From Octopus vulgaris (taxonomy: Eukaryota): DNA of 64,000 bases. The stretch spans positions 6,014,001 to 6,078,000 of the forward strand of contig OX597837.1 in assembly GCA_951406725.2 (NCBI GenBank), written 5' to 3'. Within the stretch, counting starts at the first letter, position 1; each line of letters begins with the position of its first letter. The notes below the pieces were generated by a model that did not search any database, was not told the DNA's origin, and saw only the letters and a list, made by a program, of their open reading frames with translations. Shown here piece after piece: positions 33,595 to 46,092 of this stretch. The translations under genes and the position numbers were made by a program.

Positions 33595-34575
33595 AAGAAT
33601 ATAGAATTTAGTTAAATTCGAAGGATTCATTTGTATAGTGTTCTTATTATCCAAAATCACAAAGAGGATAAATAGATAGACAAGGAACATGTTTTATCAA
33701 CAACATCATAGTTGTAACTGAGATTTTTTCAACTGAATCTAAATTTTACTGAACTTATATATATATTCTGTTGTGCCTGGGGAGAGTCATTTTCTTGTTG
33801 TGCCTTATTATTTAAACACTCACCGGTAAAATTTCCACTTATTTCTTATTATTATTTTCCTAAAATTTTCGTTCCATCTTGCAACCTTTTCAATAGTCTT
33901 GACTCTGTTATTTACAGAAGAGTATTTGTGTAGAGAGGAGGTGTGAGATTTTGGGTTGTAGGTCTTTGACTGCGAGTTTAGGTAGATGTGCATGTGGTAA
34001 AGGTGTAACAGAGCCAATGACATTTTTCTCCTTGTTCCTTCAGCATGTTCCTTCTAGCGTAAGGGAGTCCTATGATGGATACCTCTTAATGTGTTTAAAT
34101 GTACACTGTATTTTATATGAATAATATATAGTCTATTGGCTAATTTTTCTATAAGCTAGGCCACTTGTAGTAAAACTTTCTTAAATCATTATTACCCTGA
34201 TATTATTAATTATGTACAATGATTTCTGGAAATTTTGTTCGAAGAAATTGCCGGAATTTTTTTTGCTGCCGACAAAAAACTGCGCTTGCGCGGTGGATTT
34301 GAAAGATTAAACCGTATAAGCGAGAGGCATATGCTGGATTGGCCTCGTGCTTATATGATTAATCTTGGCGTACCTGTTGCCGAAGTCTTCGCTTGGCAAA
34401 TCATTTTATTTGCTAAGAAAAATCGGAGACCATGATCCAGGAAATAGATGGTTAATTTTTTTATTTTTCATTCCCTTCGGGATTTTACTAAATTATTAGT
34501 TTGGACTTTAGCTGTTCCTTCTAACGTAAGGTATTCCAATGATGGATACCTCTTAATGTGTTTAAATGTACACTG

Positions 34576-34612
<37 letters not shown>

Positions 34613-34644
34613 CGTAGAGAAATAGGTATACACGTGTCTACTCG

Positions 34645-34697
<53 letters not shown>

Positions 34698-35655
34698 GTA
34701 CAAATGTGTATATATATGTGTAGTATGTGTGTGTGTGTGTGTGCGTATAAACACATACATGAATGTGTAAGTGCGTGTGTGTGTATATATGAACGTTCGT
34801 ATGTCCTGGGTTCGTTTATACATGAGAATGTATGGTGCGTACATATATATATCTGTGCGTGTGTATATTCTTCGTTTGTATCACGTATGTAGGGAATATC
34901 TCGAGGCTAAATGTATGTCAAACGCCATTTCCAATAAGATTTCTGATTTCATGTTCTCCATCTTTCAAAAATAGCAAAATGAAATTCGTTACAGAAGCTA
35001 AAAGACTAAGACGCCAGTGTATTATGCAGCTCACTACATCTCTTTATTCTCTTTGTGTTGTCGGCTGTCTCATAGGAACGAGTCTCATCAGTGTTTGCTT
35101 TCGCTTTTAGCATTTTTGTTTTTGTCTTTCTCTTCTCGGTTTTTTTTTTTTTCGCTCTTTTTTTTTTTTGAATTTTGCGTTTTGCTTTCAGATTTTTCAG
35201 TTTTTGAATGGTGGTGTGGGGTTTGGCTTTACAGGTAGGTTCTTATACTATTTTAGCGTCCTGCCGAAGTGCTGCAGAAATATGGGAGTTATTTATACAT
35301 ATGTGTGTGTGTATGTGTGCGTGTCTGAGTGTGTGTGTGGGTGTGTAGATATAAATATATACATTCCTGTATGTAAGTATATATGCAAAGATATATATAC
35401 ATATATACATATATATGTATATATATGCATGTATGTATGTATGTAGGTATGTATGTATGTATGTATGAATGTATGAATGTATGTTGTTATATCTATACAC
35501 ATGTACATATGTATATATATTATTATTAAATATATGTATGAATATATATGAATAGATAGATTGATCGATTGATATATTTGTGTGTGAGTGTATTATATAC
35601 ATACATATATGTGTATAAATATATATATATATGTATATATATATATTTATATATA

Positions 35656-35695
<40 letters not shown>

Positions 35696-35808
35696 GTAGA
35701 AAAGTAGATCTATAGTTAATAGATAGATAGATAGATAGATAGGTAGATAGATAAATATAGATAGATGGATAGATGGATCGATAGATAGATAGATACACAG
35801 ATAGGTAA

Positions 35809-35930
<122 letters not shown>

Positions 35931-36530
35931 GAATGTAATGTGTACATAAGTCGAAATTTGCCTGTTCGTGTGTGTTATGGTGTGTGTTTTGAGATCTGCG
36001 AATGGGTATATAGATCGGTAGATAGGTGCACTGGCGTATAATTCTCCATGTGTGAGCATGTGTCTACGCATGTGCGCTCGTATGTTGGTGTGCTTGCATG
36101 CGTGTGCAAATGCGCATGCACGGTGACGTCTCCGCCGATATCTATTCTGAATTTGTTTAAACACATCCTCTGCATATCTGTGGATTATTGAATCAGCAGG
36201 AGCTGATGGCGACAAGAAGACGATCAACAATATTTTTCTATGTGTGGACGTTTTTGTACTTGTGTGTATTCGTGTACAAAGTGGCCACATGTGTATATAT
36301 GCGTGTGCATATATACACTTGTGAGTGTATTTTATTTATACGCATATGTACAGATATATAAAAATATATATATATAAATATAATTAAAATATAGGTAAAA
36401 TATATATATACGTACGCGCACACACACATATACATGCATGCTAAAACTTCCTTATATGGTGCAGTAAACGATATACATATGCATATATATATATTCATGT
36501 AAATATGTATATGTATATATACATATATAT

Positions 36531-36576
<46 letters not shown>

Positions 36577-37284
36577 GTGATTATATATATATATAATTAC
36601 ATACATATACACATTTGTAGATATGTATATATGTAGATATACATATACATATATATATATATGTACATACATATATATACATATATATTCACACACACAT
36701 ACATAGTGTCTGTGCGTATGTGTGTGTCTATGTGTGTGCCTGTGTGTATATTTATACACTTTTGTATATATGTACATGTATATATATGTAGATATGTATA
36801 TATATATATATATATATATATGTAGATATACATACATATATGTATTCATACACACATACACAGTGTGTGAGCGTATGTCTGTGTGTATATTTATTTGTGT
36901 GTGTGTGTGTCTACGTGTGTGTATGTTTATACAAATCTATCACATTATTTTCTAACTTAATATACAACGAGTCAGAATAACAGATTCTGGTTGCATTTCG
37001 AAGTTCCGAGACATCTTTGTTTGCAGACTTTTCTACAAATGTAATGGAACTTACTTCTTTAGTAGAAAATTTAAAAAAATGGTAAGTAAAGCATTACCAA
37101 ACTTTTACGTTCTTAGAACAATTGCAGATACGAGTTTCTTACTTTTATTTTGGGTGTTTTTCGATATTTTTGATACAAATCTCATCCAAGTGAAATATAG
37201 CTTACTAAAGCTTATTGAATTACGTGAAGCATTTTATCTCTATCTCTATCTATATCTATCTCTTTACGTGTGTGTGAGTGCATA

Positions 37285-37346
<62 letters not shown>

Positions 37347-37349
37347 AAT

Positions 37350-37525
37350 ATCACCATCATCATTTAAGGTCCGTTGTCCATGCTGGCATACGTTGGACGG
37401 TTTCACTGGGCTGGCACGTTGGAAGGTTGTGCCAAGCTCCAGTCTGATTTTGCATGGTTTTATACGGCTGGATGCCTTTCCTGACGCCAACCGCTCCGAG
37501 AGTGTAATGGGTGCTTTTACGTGGC
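37350..37525 (-). mobile_element. Family D 3' fragment
   Basis: Homologous to 61778-61960. Confidence 0.65.
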
Positions 37526-37632
37526 AAAAGCACGGGTTCATTTCTATCTATATATGTATATAGAATATAAGTACGACTTATTCAACATTAAATGTATTAG
37601 AATATATATGTATATACACACCAACTTTCTCA

Positions 37633-37680
<48 letters not shown>

Positions 37681-38356
37681 CTTTAACAGGATCACTGCAA
37701 TAAGCGTGTGAATCTAAGAGTTTAAGAAATTATAATTAACTTATTTTTCTCTATTTTCTTTTACTCAAATCAGAAACTTTTCAGCACAACCTCGTACGTA
37801 CACACACATACATACACACGCACACACACAAACACACAAACACACGCACACGTTCGACACGCACACACATATCGTATTTATACATATATAATATATGCAA
37901 TATATATAAGATATATATCCAGAGAGGAGCAGAGAGAGAGCAGGAGAGAGGAGAGAGAGGGAGAGAGTGGGAGAGTGGGACATAGTGATACAGGCAGGCG
38001 GCGTCGTATGGCCATGACTGTTGTTGAGAATTTCGATTTGAATCGACCTTGAGTGAGTTACGTTTCTATTAGCAAATTTTGTTTGGAAATAGCGTCACCT
38101 TGTGCCATCGTCTTCGATTCAGTGTCACCCTCTCTACTCCTCTTGTCATCTCTTATTTTTGTACTCTTGTGCAAAATGCCTTCAGGTAACGTTTACTTCC
38201 ACACGTTTAGCAGCCATGCCTTCTGTTCTTCACCCCAATTAAAATGAGTCTCCTCTTTGCTACCTCAGTTGGCTATAAATCTGAGATAGATATATGAATA
38301 ACATGGAAGGAGATCTCTGCATCTAGATGTCCATGCAGATGCCAGCCAACCAAATG

Positions 38357-38723
38357 CTGTTGCTGCTGTTTCTGTTGAACGAACGGTCTTCGTATCAGAG
38401 CTCGCAAGATGAGAGAAGTCCGAAACGTGGTCCTATGCTATTCGTAAGACCCGTAGAAGAGAAAGCAGGTCAACTCCCCCCCCCCCCCGACACCGAGAGC
38501 ATCGGCGGATGCGTAGGAAGTCGGGGACAAAAAACAGGAAGAAACAGTGAGAGTAAGTTGGAGCGAATGAGTACAACAGGGGTCGCCACCACCCCTTGCC
38601 AGAGCCTCGTAGAGCTTTAGGTGTTTTCGCTCAATAAACACACACAACGCCCGGTCTGGGAATCGAAACCGCGATCCTCCGACCGCGAGTCCGCTGCCCT
38701 AACCACTGGGCCATTGCGCCTCC
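38357..38723 (-). mobile_element. SINE family B (tail type 3)
   Basis: Same head on the minus strand, with an unrelated tail. Confidence 0.8.
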
Positions 38724-39037
38724 TTACGCTGCTCATCTCGGCGGCTATCACTTTTGCTGTAGTTTTTCGTAGAGAACACCAAGTCAAGCGTCCAAGTTAG
38801 CAGTAATGTTCCCAGCCATTCGTCTTATGTTTCTACAGTTTATTATTGCTGCCTATCTTGCGGGAAGGCACGAAACGTGCAAGACCCTTTTGTCGTTTCT
38901 TTGAATGTCAGACTCAGATAGATGATATAAGCTTCAATTAAGCAACGCTTATCGAAAGAGCATACAGTGAAACGGCCGTAAGGAATTGACACTAGTATAT
39001 CTTTGTTACTCATTTATATAGATATATGTATATACGT

Positions 39038-39569
39038 AAGACGGCGGATAGTACTATGCAGAGAGGCAATGGTCAGCATGAGCAGGGTCTGGAAGAGTAG
39101 AGACATCAGACTCGCTACCAAATGCAGATTGGTGAATGCAATTGTCTTTCCAATAGCAACATATGTATGCGAGACCTGGACACAAAAGAAAGCTGACTAG
39201 AAGAGAATTAATGCATTCGAGCTTTGGTGTTGGAGAAGACTTTTACGGATTCCATGGACAGCGAGACTCACCAATGTAGAAGTTCTTAAGCAGATAAGGC
39301 CGAAAATGCCGCTAGAAGCTAGGATCACCAAGCATAGATTAGCATATTTCGGTCATATTATGCGGAGAAAATCCCTGGAGAAGGACATCATGCTCGGAAT
39401 GGTCAGTGGCAAGAGAGGAAGAGGCCGACCAAGAACCTGCTGGCTTGACACCATCAAGAGTAATACCGGAATGGACATAGCCAATCTGAAAGAAGCGGCC
39501 CAGGATAGAACTGACTGGAGGACACTGATCCAACGAGTGACCGAGAGTCGACTTCGACTGAGCGGATAG
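39038..39569 (+). mobile_element. RTE (BovB-like) LINE 3' end
   Basis: Translation TKCRLVNAIVFPIATYVCETWT...*..AFELWCWRRLLRIPWTAR...RLAYFGHIMRR..LEKDIMLG.VSGKRGRGRP..W is the classic RTE C-terminus. Confidence 0.92.
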
Positions 39570-40459
39570 AGAGAGTATATACGTAAAGAAGGAGATATAG
39601 AGATAGAAAGAGAGGCAGACAGACATATATACATATATGCATCCATGCATGGAGGGTTGGATCTGTTGCGTTGTTGTTTAGCACAAGGTGGGCGTTAATA
39701 AAATAGTCCTGTAATAAATGGCATTCCAGATTGAATGATTCCTCAGTGTTTGAAACCAGATTAAGTCTAACGAGGAACGCATTATTTTGTTTAACATACA
39801 CGTTATTATTAGTATCATTGCTGTTTTTTTTTCTACTAGCCCCAGAAGTTATTCCTAGCCAAGCTATTCAGTAAGATTATATGAACTAAATTTTACATAA
39901 TTACTAAGTGAATTACTAAGAGACATCTTAATATTATTCATAACCAAAATCTAGTTTGTTAGCAAATTTATTTAGACTAATGTGTATAAACATAACAAAA
40001 CTACTTACAGTCGTCTCCTAGTTTTAAAGTAAACAAATACAGACTTATACCCGATGTATAAACTAACGCACACTTACCTTACTTCTATCGCAGTTATTTA
40101 TGGTCGGAGTTTGTTAGCAAATGAATATGGATTTGTGTTTGTTCTACTTGAAGCAACTACGAACAGACATCTAGTTTCCTCTCGGAATTTATTCATAGAC
40201 AGAATGAAGTTATTTATTAATCAAATTTCCAATAATGTTTGCACTTGATCTGCCATTATCTTAACTGTATCTTTTCTGAGACGATGCCTCTAATGTTGTT
40301 ATAATCTAAATGTACTGAAAGATGTTTTCACTTCAAAGCAACAATGGTTTATAGGTAGATAGGATTAAATTATCCTGTAATCAATATGGACTAATATTTA
40401 TTATAAATTACTCTAAAAGTAGAACACATTGTTTCCCCGACATAAACCGCTATGTATAT

Positions 40460-40896
40460 ACTCTTTTACTCGTTTACTCTTTTACTTGTTTCAGTCATTT
40501 GACTGCAGCCATGCTGGAGCACCGCCTTTAATCGAGCAACTCGACCCCGGGACTTATTCTTTTGTAAGCCCAGTACTTATTCTATCGGTCTCTCTTTGCC
40601 GAACCGCTAAGTTACGGGGACATAAACACACCAGCATCAGGGACATAAACACACCAGCATCGGTTGTCAAGCAATGCTAGGGGGACAACCACAGACACAC
40701 AAACACACACACATATATACATATATATACATATATACGACGGGCTTCTTCCAGTTTCCGTCTACCAAATCCACTCACAAAGCTTTGGTCGGCCCGAGGC
40801 TATAGCAGAAGACACTTGCCCAAGGTGCCACGCAGTGGGACTGAACCCGGAACCATGTGGTTGGTAAACAAGCTACTTACCACACAACCACTCCTG
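40460..40896 (-). mobile_element. SINE family A, full length
   Basis: Same family; contains an internal ~23-bp duplication (ggacataaacacaccagcatc). Confidence 0.85.
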
Positions 40897-41136
40897 CAAA
40901 GTAAATTTGACTGTTATTTCTAGTAGATCGTTCAACCAGGTAGTGGTGTTAATGTAACAGCATATTTAATGTTGTATAAGTCTTACACTTGATTTTATCC
41001 GTAATCCTGGGGTGCACATTAGACACGAAGCAAAGCTAAGATTTCACGCTAAATTAGGGGTGCGTCTTATACATGACTACAAATTATACACAAGTAAAAC
41101 GTAAATATTGTTTACAGAAATCAATCGAGAGTCTCT

Positions 41137-41610
41137 GCGAGGAATTCGCAAAATTATCCCAGCATTATCAATTAATATTTCATCTAGCTCTAAGGCGACG
41201 AGCTGGCAGAATTGGGTGAAATGCGTAGCCGTATTTCGTCTGACGGTATTTCGTTCTGAGTTCAAATTCCACCGAGGTCGACTTTGCCTTTCATCCTTTC
41301 GGAGTCGATTAAATAAAGTACCAGTTACGCACTGGGGTCGATCTAATCGACTTAATCCGTTGTTTGTCCCTGTTTGTCCTCTCTGTGTTTGGCCCCTTGT
41401 GGGTAGTAAAGAAATAGGTATTTCGTCTGTCTTTATGTTCTGAGTTCAAATTCCGCCGAGGTCGGCTTTGCTTTTCATCCTTTCGGGGTCGATTAAATAA
41501 GTACCAGTTACGCACTGGGGTCGATGTAATCGACTTAATCCGTTTGTCTGTCCTTGTCCCCCCTGTATTTAGTCCCTTCTGGGTAGTAAAGAGATAGGTA
41601 TTTCGTCTTT
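41137..41610 (+). mobile_element. SINE family C with 55-bp leader and tandem body
   Basis: Leader gcgaggaattcgcaaaattatcc..., then head and two ~170-bp units. Confidence 0.8.
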
Positions 41611-42464
41611 CACCCTATTAGAATGGAAAAAAAGTAAGCACCAGTGGAGCATTGAGGTTAAATCGACCAGCGCCTCCCCCAGAACTCTTCTCCTTGTGCC
41701 AAATTTTGAAACCAATATTTTATGCAGCTTTGTTTTATGGCATATGGTGTTGTCTGTTACGACCTCTCGCTGTCGTAAATGCATGGTGAACGTCCAAATA
41801 AGTGTTGTAATTGTCTGGCCAATGTAACAGCTACAAGCGTAAAGCATACAACTTAAAAACTTTTACAACCAAATTTACAAATTACATTGGTCACTTATAG
41901 CTTGTTCTCGCTTTCACATGCACATGGCATGTCGCTAGCGAGGAGATGCTTCATGTTATTGCTTTCGTAATACGATGTAAGTACCGGTTAATGGTTTGCT
42001 TTGCCGCACTTTCTATTTCATTTTAGGAACTTTCTGATAATGTGCTCTTCTAGTCTGTGCTCCTATGCATTTGATGCATATGGAACATTTTCTGTGAAAT
42101 ACGTGTGATTTTAATAGTAGAGCTACTACTAAAATCACACATATTTCACAGAAATAAGTCTGGTGCATTCCTTTTATAGTATTCCCGTTTATATTCATTA
42201 CTAACTAGTATTACTAACCTGTCTGAATATTTTTGGTTTATAAGTGAATATTACATTTTGTCGGTTTATTTAGTCAGTATTTCATTTATATATGTAGACT
42301 TTTATTTATTTCGGTCATTAGTTTGCGGCCTTGCTAGGTCACCACCTCAAGGAACTTTAGTCGAAAGAATCAACCCTTAAAGGGATTGAAATTGGACTAT
42401 AAATTGTATATATCCTAATTCTGCAAACATTCTTCTTTTATTCATATATATATATATGTATATA

Positions 42465-42540
<76 letters not shown>

Positions 42541-42730
42541 TAAGAAAGTTTGTTTGGTAAAGCACGTGGGTGAATATATAAGAAAATAGTAAAGTGTGAA
42601 GAAACGACAGAAGGCTTAAATGTTAAAAAATATATATATTTGTGTCAAAATGTCTGGAGAATATTGGAAAATTTTTTTTTTTTTTTTTTTTTTTTCCTTT
42701 CCTTAAAATGACATAATTTAAAAATTTTTA

Positions 42731-42770
42731 AAGAAATTATCGGTTTCGCGTGTAGCTTTTCAAATTTCTT
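42731..42770 (-). ncRNA. Same hammerhead in the other PLE arm, with a stem III mutation
   Basis: Identical to 44751-44790 except GAAACCGATA instead of GAAACCGGTA. Confidence 0.65.
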
Positions 42771-42905
42771 GTGACGTTATGTTTATATTGCATGGAATTA
42801 TCGTTGTTTTTATTTCCAGGAGATTTCTAAATAAGGGGAGGTAGTGAGTGATTTTTTCCGGTGTAGGGGAGATAATCGCTTAAAAATTTTTTTCCCATTT
42901 CCTTG

Positions 42906-44344
42906 TTAATTTCTCTGTGTCAGTATGTTCGGATGGTTGAGTCTGGGTTTGTACTTTTCAATGAAGAATGTTTCCTTGTTCAGTCTCATTTGTGTTGATG
43001 ATCCGAAAGCACATTGGTAAAATGGGAAGATTAAAAATTGTGGCAGTAGTTGCTTTGCGCATTTCTCAATGTGCTCACTAAAAGGTATCATTCTATATTC
43101 TGGGAATGCAATCTGTTGTCGATGCAGTGTGCATCTGCGCCTGAGTGATAGTCCCGTGGAACCCACGTAGTCTTGGTGGCAGCCCGAGCATTTAATAACA
43201 TAAATTATGTTTTCAGAGGCACAAGTAAAGTTAGATTTGATCTTAAATTTCTGTCCCTCTTTAAAGAAGAATTCTGATCCTTCCAATAGGTTAGGACATG
43301 TTGCACAGTTCGATCTACCACATTTTTTTACTTTTGCATCCGTAATTTTAGAAGACAATTTTGCCTTTGTGAGAATCTTTTTAAGTGATTTAGGCTGTTT
43401 GTAGCTTTTAATGATTTGGTGTATGTTTAGAATTTCCTTTAATTTTGGGTTTTTATGAAGTATTGGTAAATTCTGGGTGATGATGGTGAAGGCTTCTTTG
43501 TTTCTGGGGTTGTATGTAGATATGTAAGGTAGTATTTTCGGGGAAGGTGTGTTGTTGTGTTGAACTTTTCTTAAAGTTTCTATGTTGATTTCTGTTGCAC
43601 GTCTGATCCCATCCTCTATGAGTTGAGCTGGGTAATGTCTGTCAATTAGGGTGTTTTTGAGTTCTTGCAGTCTAAAGTTCCTGGTATTTTGTTCTGACAC
43701 TATTGTGCATATCCTTCTTGCAAGGTTGAAGGGGATGTTTGTTTTAGTGTGTCTTGGGTGGCATGAATTAAAAAGAAGGTATTGTTTGGCGTCTGTGGCT
43801 TTGTAAAAAATGTCTGTTTCTATTTTAAGGTTAATTTTTTTAATTAGTATATCCAAGAACGGGAGCTCCTTTTGGTTGTATTCCATTGTGAACTGTATAT
43901 TTGGGTTTATGCTGTTCAATAGGTTTTTAAATTTTAGGAGTTTATCTATGTTTTCATTCCAGAGAATGAAACAATCGTCTAGGAATCGTTTCCAATTCTC
44001 TTTTATGTATTGAGAGAGGGAGTTTCCAAAGATTGATAGAGATTCCTGGTAAATGATTATTTCCATGTATCCCATTGTTAAGTTCGCAATGACTGGTGCT
44101 GCCCTTGTACCCATAGCAATTCCGGATTTTTGACGGTAAAATGTATTGTCAAACATGAAGTGGTTATTGTGTAGGATGAATTCAATTGATTTAGTAATGA
44201 ATTCCTTACTGATCCTTTTTGGTATTTCTTCCGGAAATTGGTCTAACCAGAATTGTATTGCCTCCAGTCCATAATTATGAGGTATACTGGTATACAAGTT
44301 GACTACATCAAATGAAACCAGGATTGTTTCTTCCTTGGTTTTTT
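42906..44344 (-). CDS. PLE reverse transcriptase + GIY-YIG endonuclease (5'-truncated, open frame)
   Basis: Motifs LVSFDVVNLYTSIP, GIAMGT, RFLDD, NIQFTME, LPFLDI, SCHP, linker CGRSNCATC and NIIYVIKC..C..DYVGSTG..LRRR..H. The first ~69 aa of the listed 548-aa ORF come from the inverted arm and are spurious. Confidence 0.9.
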
Positions 44345-44750
44345 CCTTAAGTCTACTTATGGACATCCTCTTGAAACCCTTCCTTAAACATATCGATAGC
44401 CATATCAGAGATGACTTAGATATGTTAAACCACCTTCCAAAAAAAACCAAGGAAGAAATGCGCAAAGCAACTACTGCCACAATTTTTAATCTTCCCATTT
44501 TACCAATGTGCTTTCGGATCATCAACACAAATGAGACTGAACAAGGAAACATTCTTCATTGAAAAGTACAAACCCAGACTCAACCATCCGAACATACTGA
44601 CACAGAGAAATTAACAAGGAAATGGGAAAAAAAATTTTTAAGCGATTATCTCCCCTACACCGGAAAAAATCACTCACTACCTCCCCTTATTTAGAAATCT
44701 CCTGGAAATAAAAACAACGATAATTCCATGCAATATAAACATAACGTCAC

Positions 44751-44790
44751 AAGAAATTTGAAAAGCTACACGCGAAACCGGTAATTTCTT
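44751..44790 (+). ncRNA. Minimal type-I hammerhead ribozyme motif, U3-A8 core variant, in PLE terminal repeat
   Basis: aagaaat-TTGAAAA-gc tacac gc-GAAA-ccgg-TA-atttctt: 7-bp stem I, 2-bp stem II, palindromic stem III ACCGGT. Confidence 0.75.
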
Positions 44791-44978
44791 TAAAAATTTT
44801 TAAATTATGTCATTTTAAGGAAAGGAAAAAAAAAAAAAAAAAAAAATTTTTCCAATATTCTCCAGACATTTTGACACAAATATATATATTTTTTAACATT
44901 TAAGCCTTCTGTCGTTTCTTCACACTTTACTATTTTCTTATATATTCACCCACGTGCTTTACCAAACAAACTTTCTTA

Positions 44979-45036
<58 letters not shown>

Positions 45037-45040
45037 ATAT

Positions 45041-45153
<113 letters not shown>

Positions 45154-45277
45154 GGTATGTACATTGAGTTTGAATCATTGAGCGGAACGGTAAAGGGAAT
45201 TACATCCCGAAACTATAAATCGATCTATGGATAAATCATTAAAAAAAGAACCTTTTTGTTCACTTCACTCGCTTTGA

Positions 45278-45752
45278 GCGAGGAATTCGCAAAATTATCC
45301 CTGGATTATCAATTAATATTTTATCTAGCTCTAAGGCGGCGAGCTGGCAGAATCGTTAACACGCCGGGCGGAATGCTTAACAGTATTTCGTCTGCCGGTA
45401 TTTCGTACTGAGTTCAAATTCCGCCGAGGTCGACTTTGCCATTCATCCTTTCGGGGTCGATTACATAAGTACCAGTTACGCACTAGGGTCGATATAATCG
45501 ACTTGATCCGTTTGTCTGTCCTTGTTTATCTTCTCTGTGTTTAGCCCCTTGTGGGTAGTAAAGAAATAGGTATTTCGCCAGCTGTTACGTTCTGAGTTCA
45601 AATTCCGCCGAGGTCGAATTTGCCTTTCATTCTTACGGGGTCGATAAATTAAGTACCAGTTATGCACTGGGGTCAATTTAAACAGCTTAATCTGTTTGTC
45701 TGTCCTTGTTTGTCTCCTCTGTGTTTAGTCCCTTGTGGATAGTAAAGAAATA
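45278..45752 (+). mobile_element. SINE family C with leader and tandem body
   Basis: Colinear with 41137-41610. Confidence 0.8.
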
Positions 45753-45787
45753 GGTGGGTATGTTGGTAGATTGGGATATATGCATGC

Positions 45788-45845
<58 letters not shown>

Positions 45846-45847
45846 GC

Positions 45848-45958
<111 letters not shown>

Positions 45959-46009
45959 CAGTCATCTAAAAGTTTTATGTGCATCTTGATGTTGACATAA
46001 GTTCCTTGC

Positions 46010-46092
46010 TTTTCCTGATGAGAAAGCGGCATAATATACTCCTTATTCCTTCGCAATTAGGAATATGCAGCCTTCGAAACATATGTCGAAAA
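46010..46092 (+). ncRNA. Canonical type-I hammerhead ribozyme motif
   Basis: ttttc-CTGATGA-[gaaagcggcata...tatgcagccttc]-GAAA-catatg-TC-gaaaa: perfect core, GUC site, palindromic stem III ACATATGT. Confidence 0.85.

Larger units (their letters stand above)
42539..44980 (-). mobile_element. Penelope-like element (probably Neptune-type), 5'-truncated, with inverted terminal duplication
   Basis: Minus-strand RT + GIY-YIG ORF. Segments 42539-43066 and 44454-44980 are near-perfect inverted copies, and both ends abut (TA)n. Confidence 0.93.

Noticed and set aside
38850-38990. Hammerhead-like GAAACGTG and GAAACGGCCGTA motifs
   Set aside because: No acceptable CUGANGA or compensated core with matching stem I was found upstream; at most a decayed remnant.
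40990-41105. pogo/Tc2-like subterminal repeats (ggggtgcgtcttatac)
   Set aside because: Only one degenerate end is visible; support is insufficient.
44345-44552. N-terminus of the 548-aa ORF as a novel domain
   Set aside because: It is antisense read-through of the inverted arm; PLE homology on the minus strand begins at about KTKEE.
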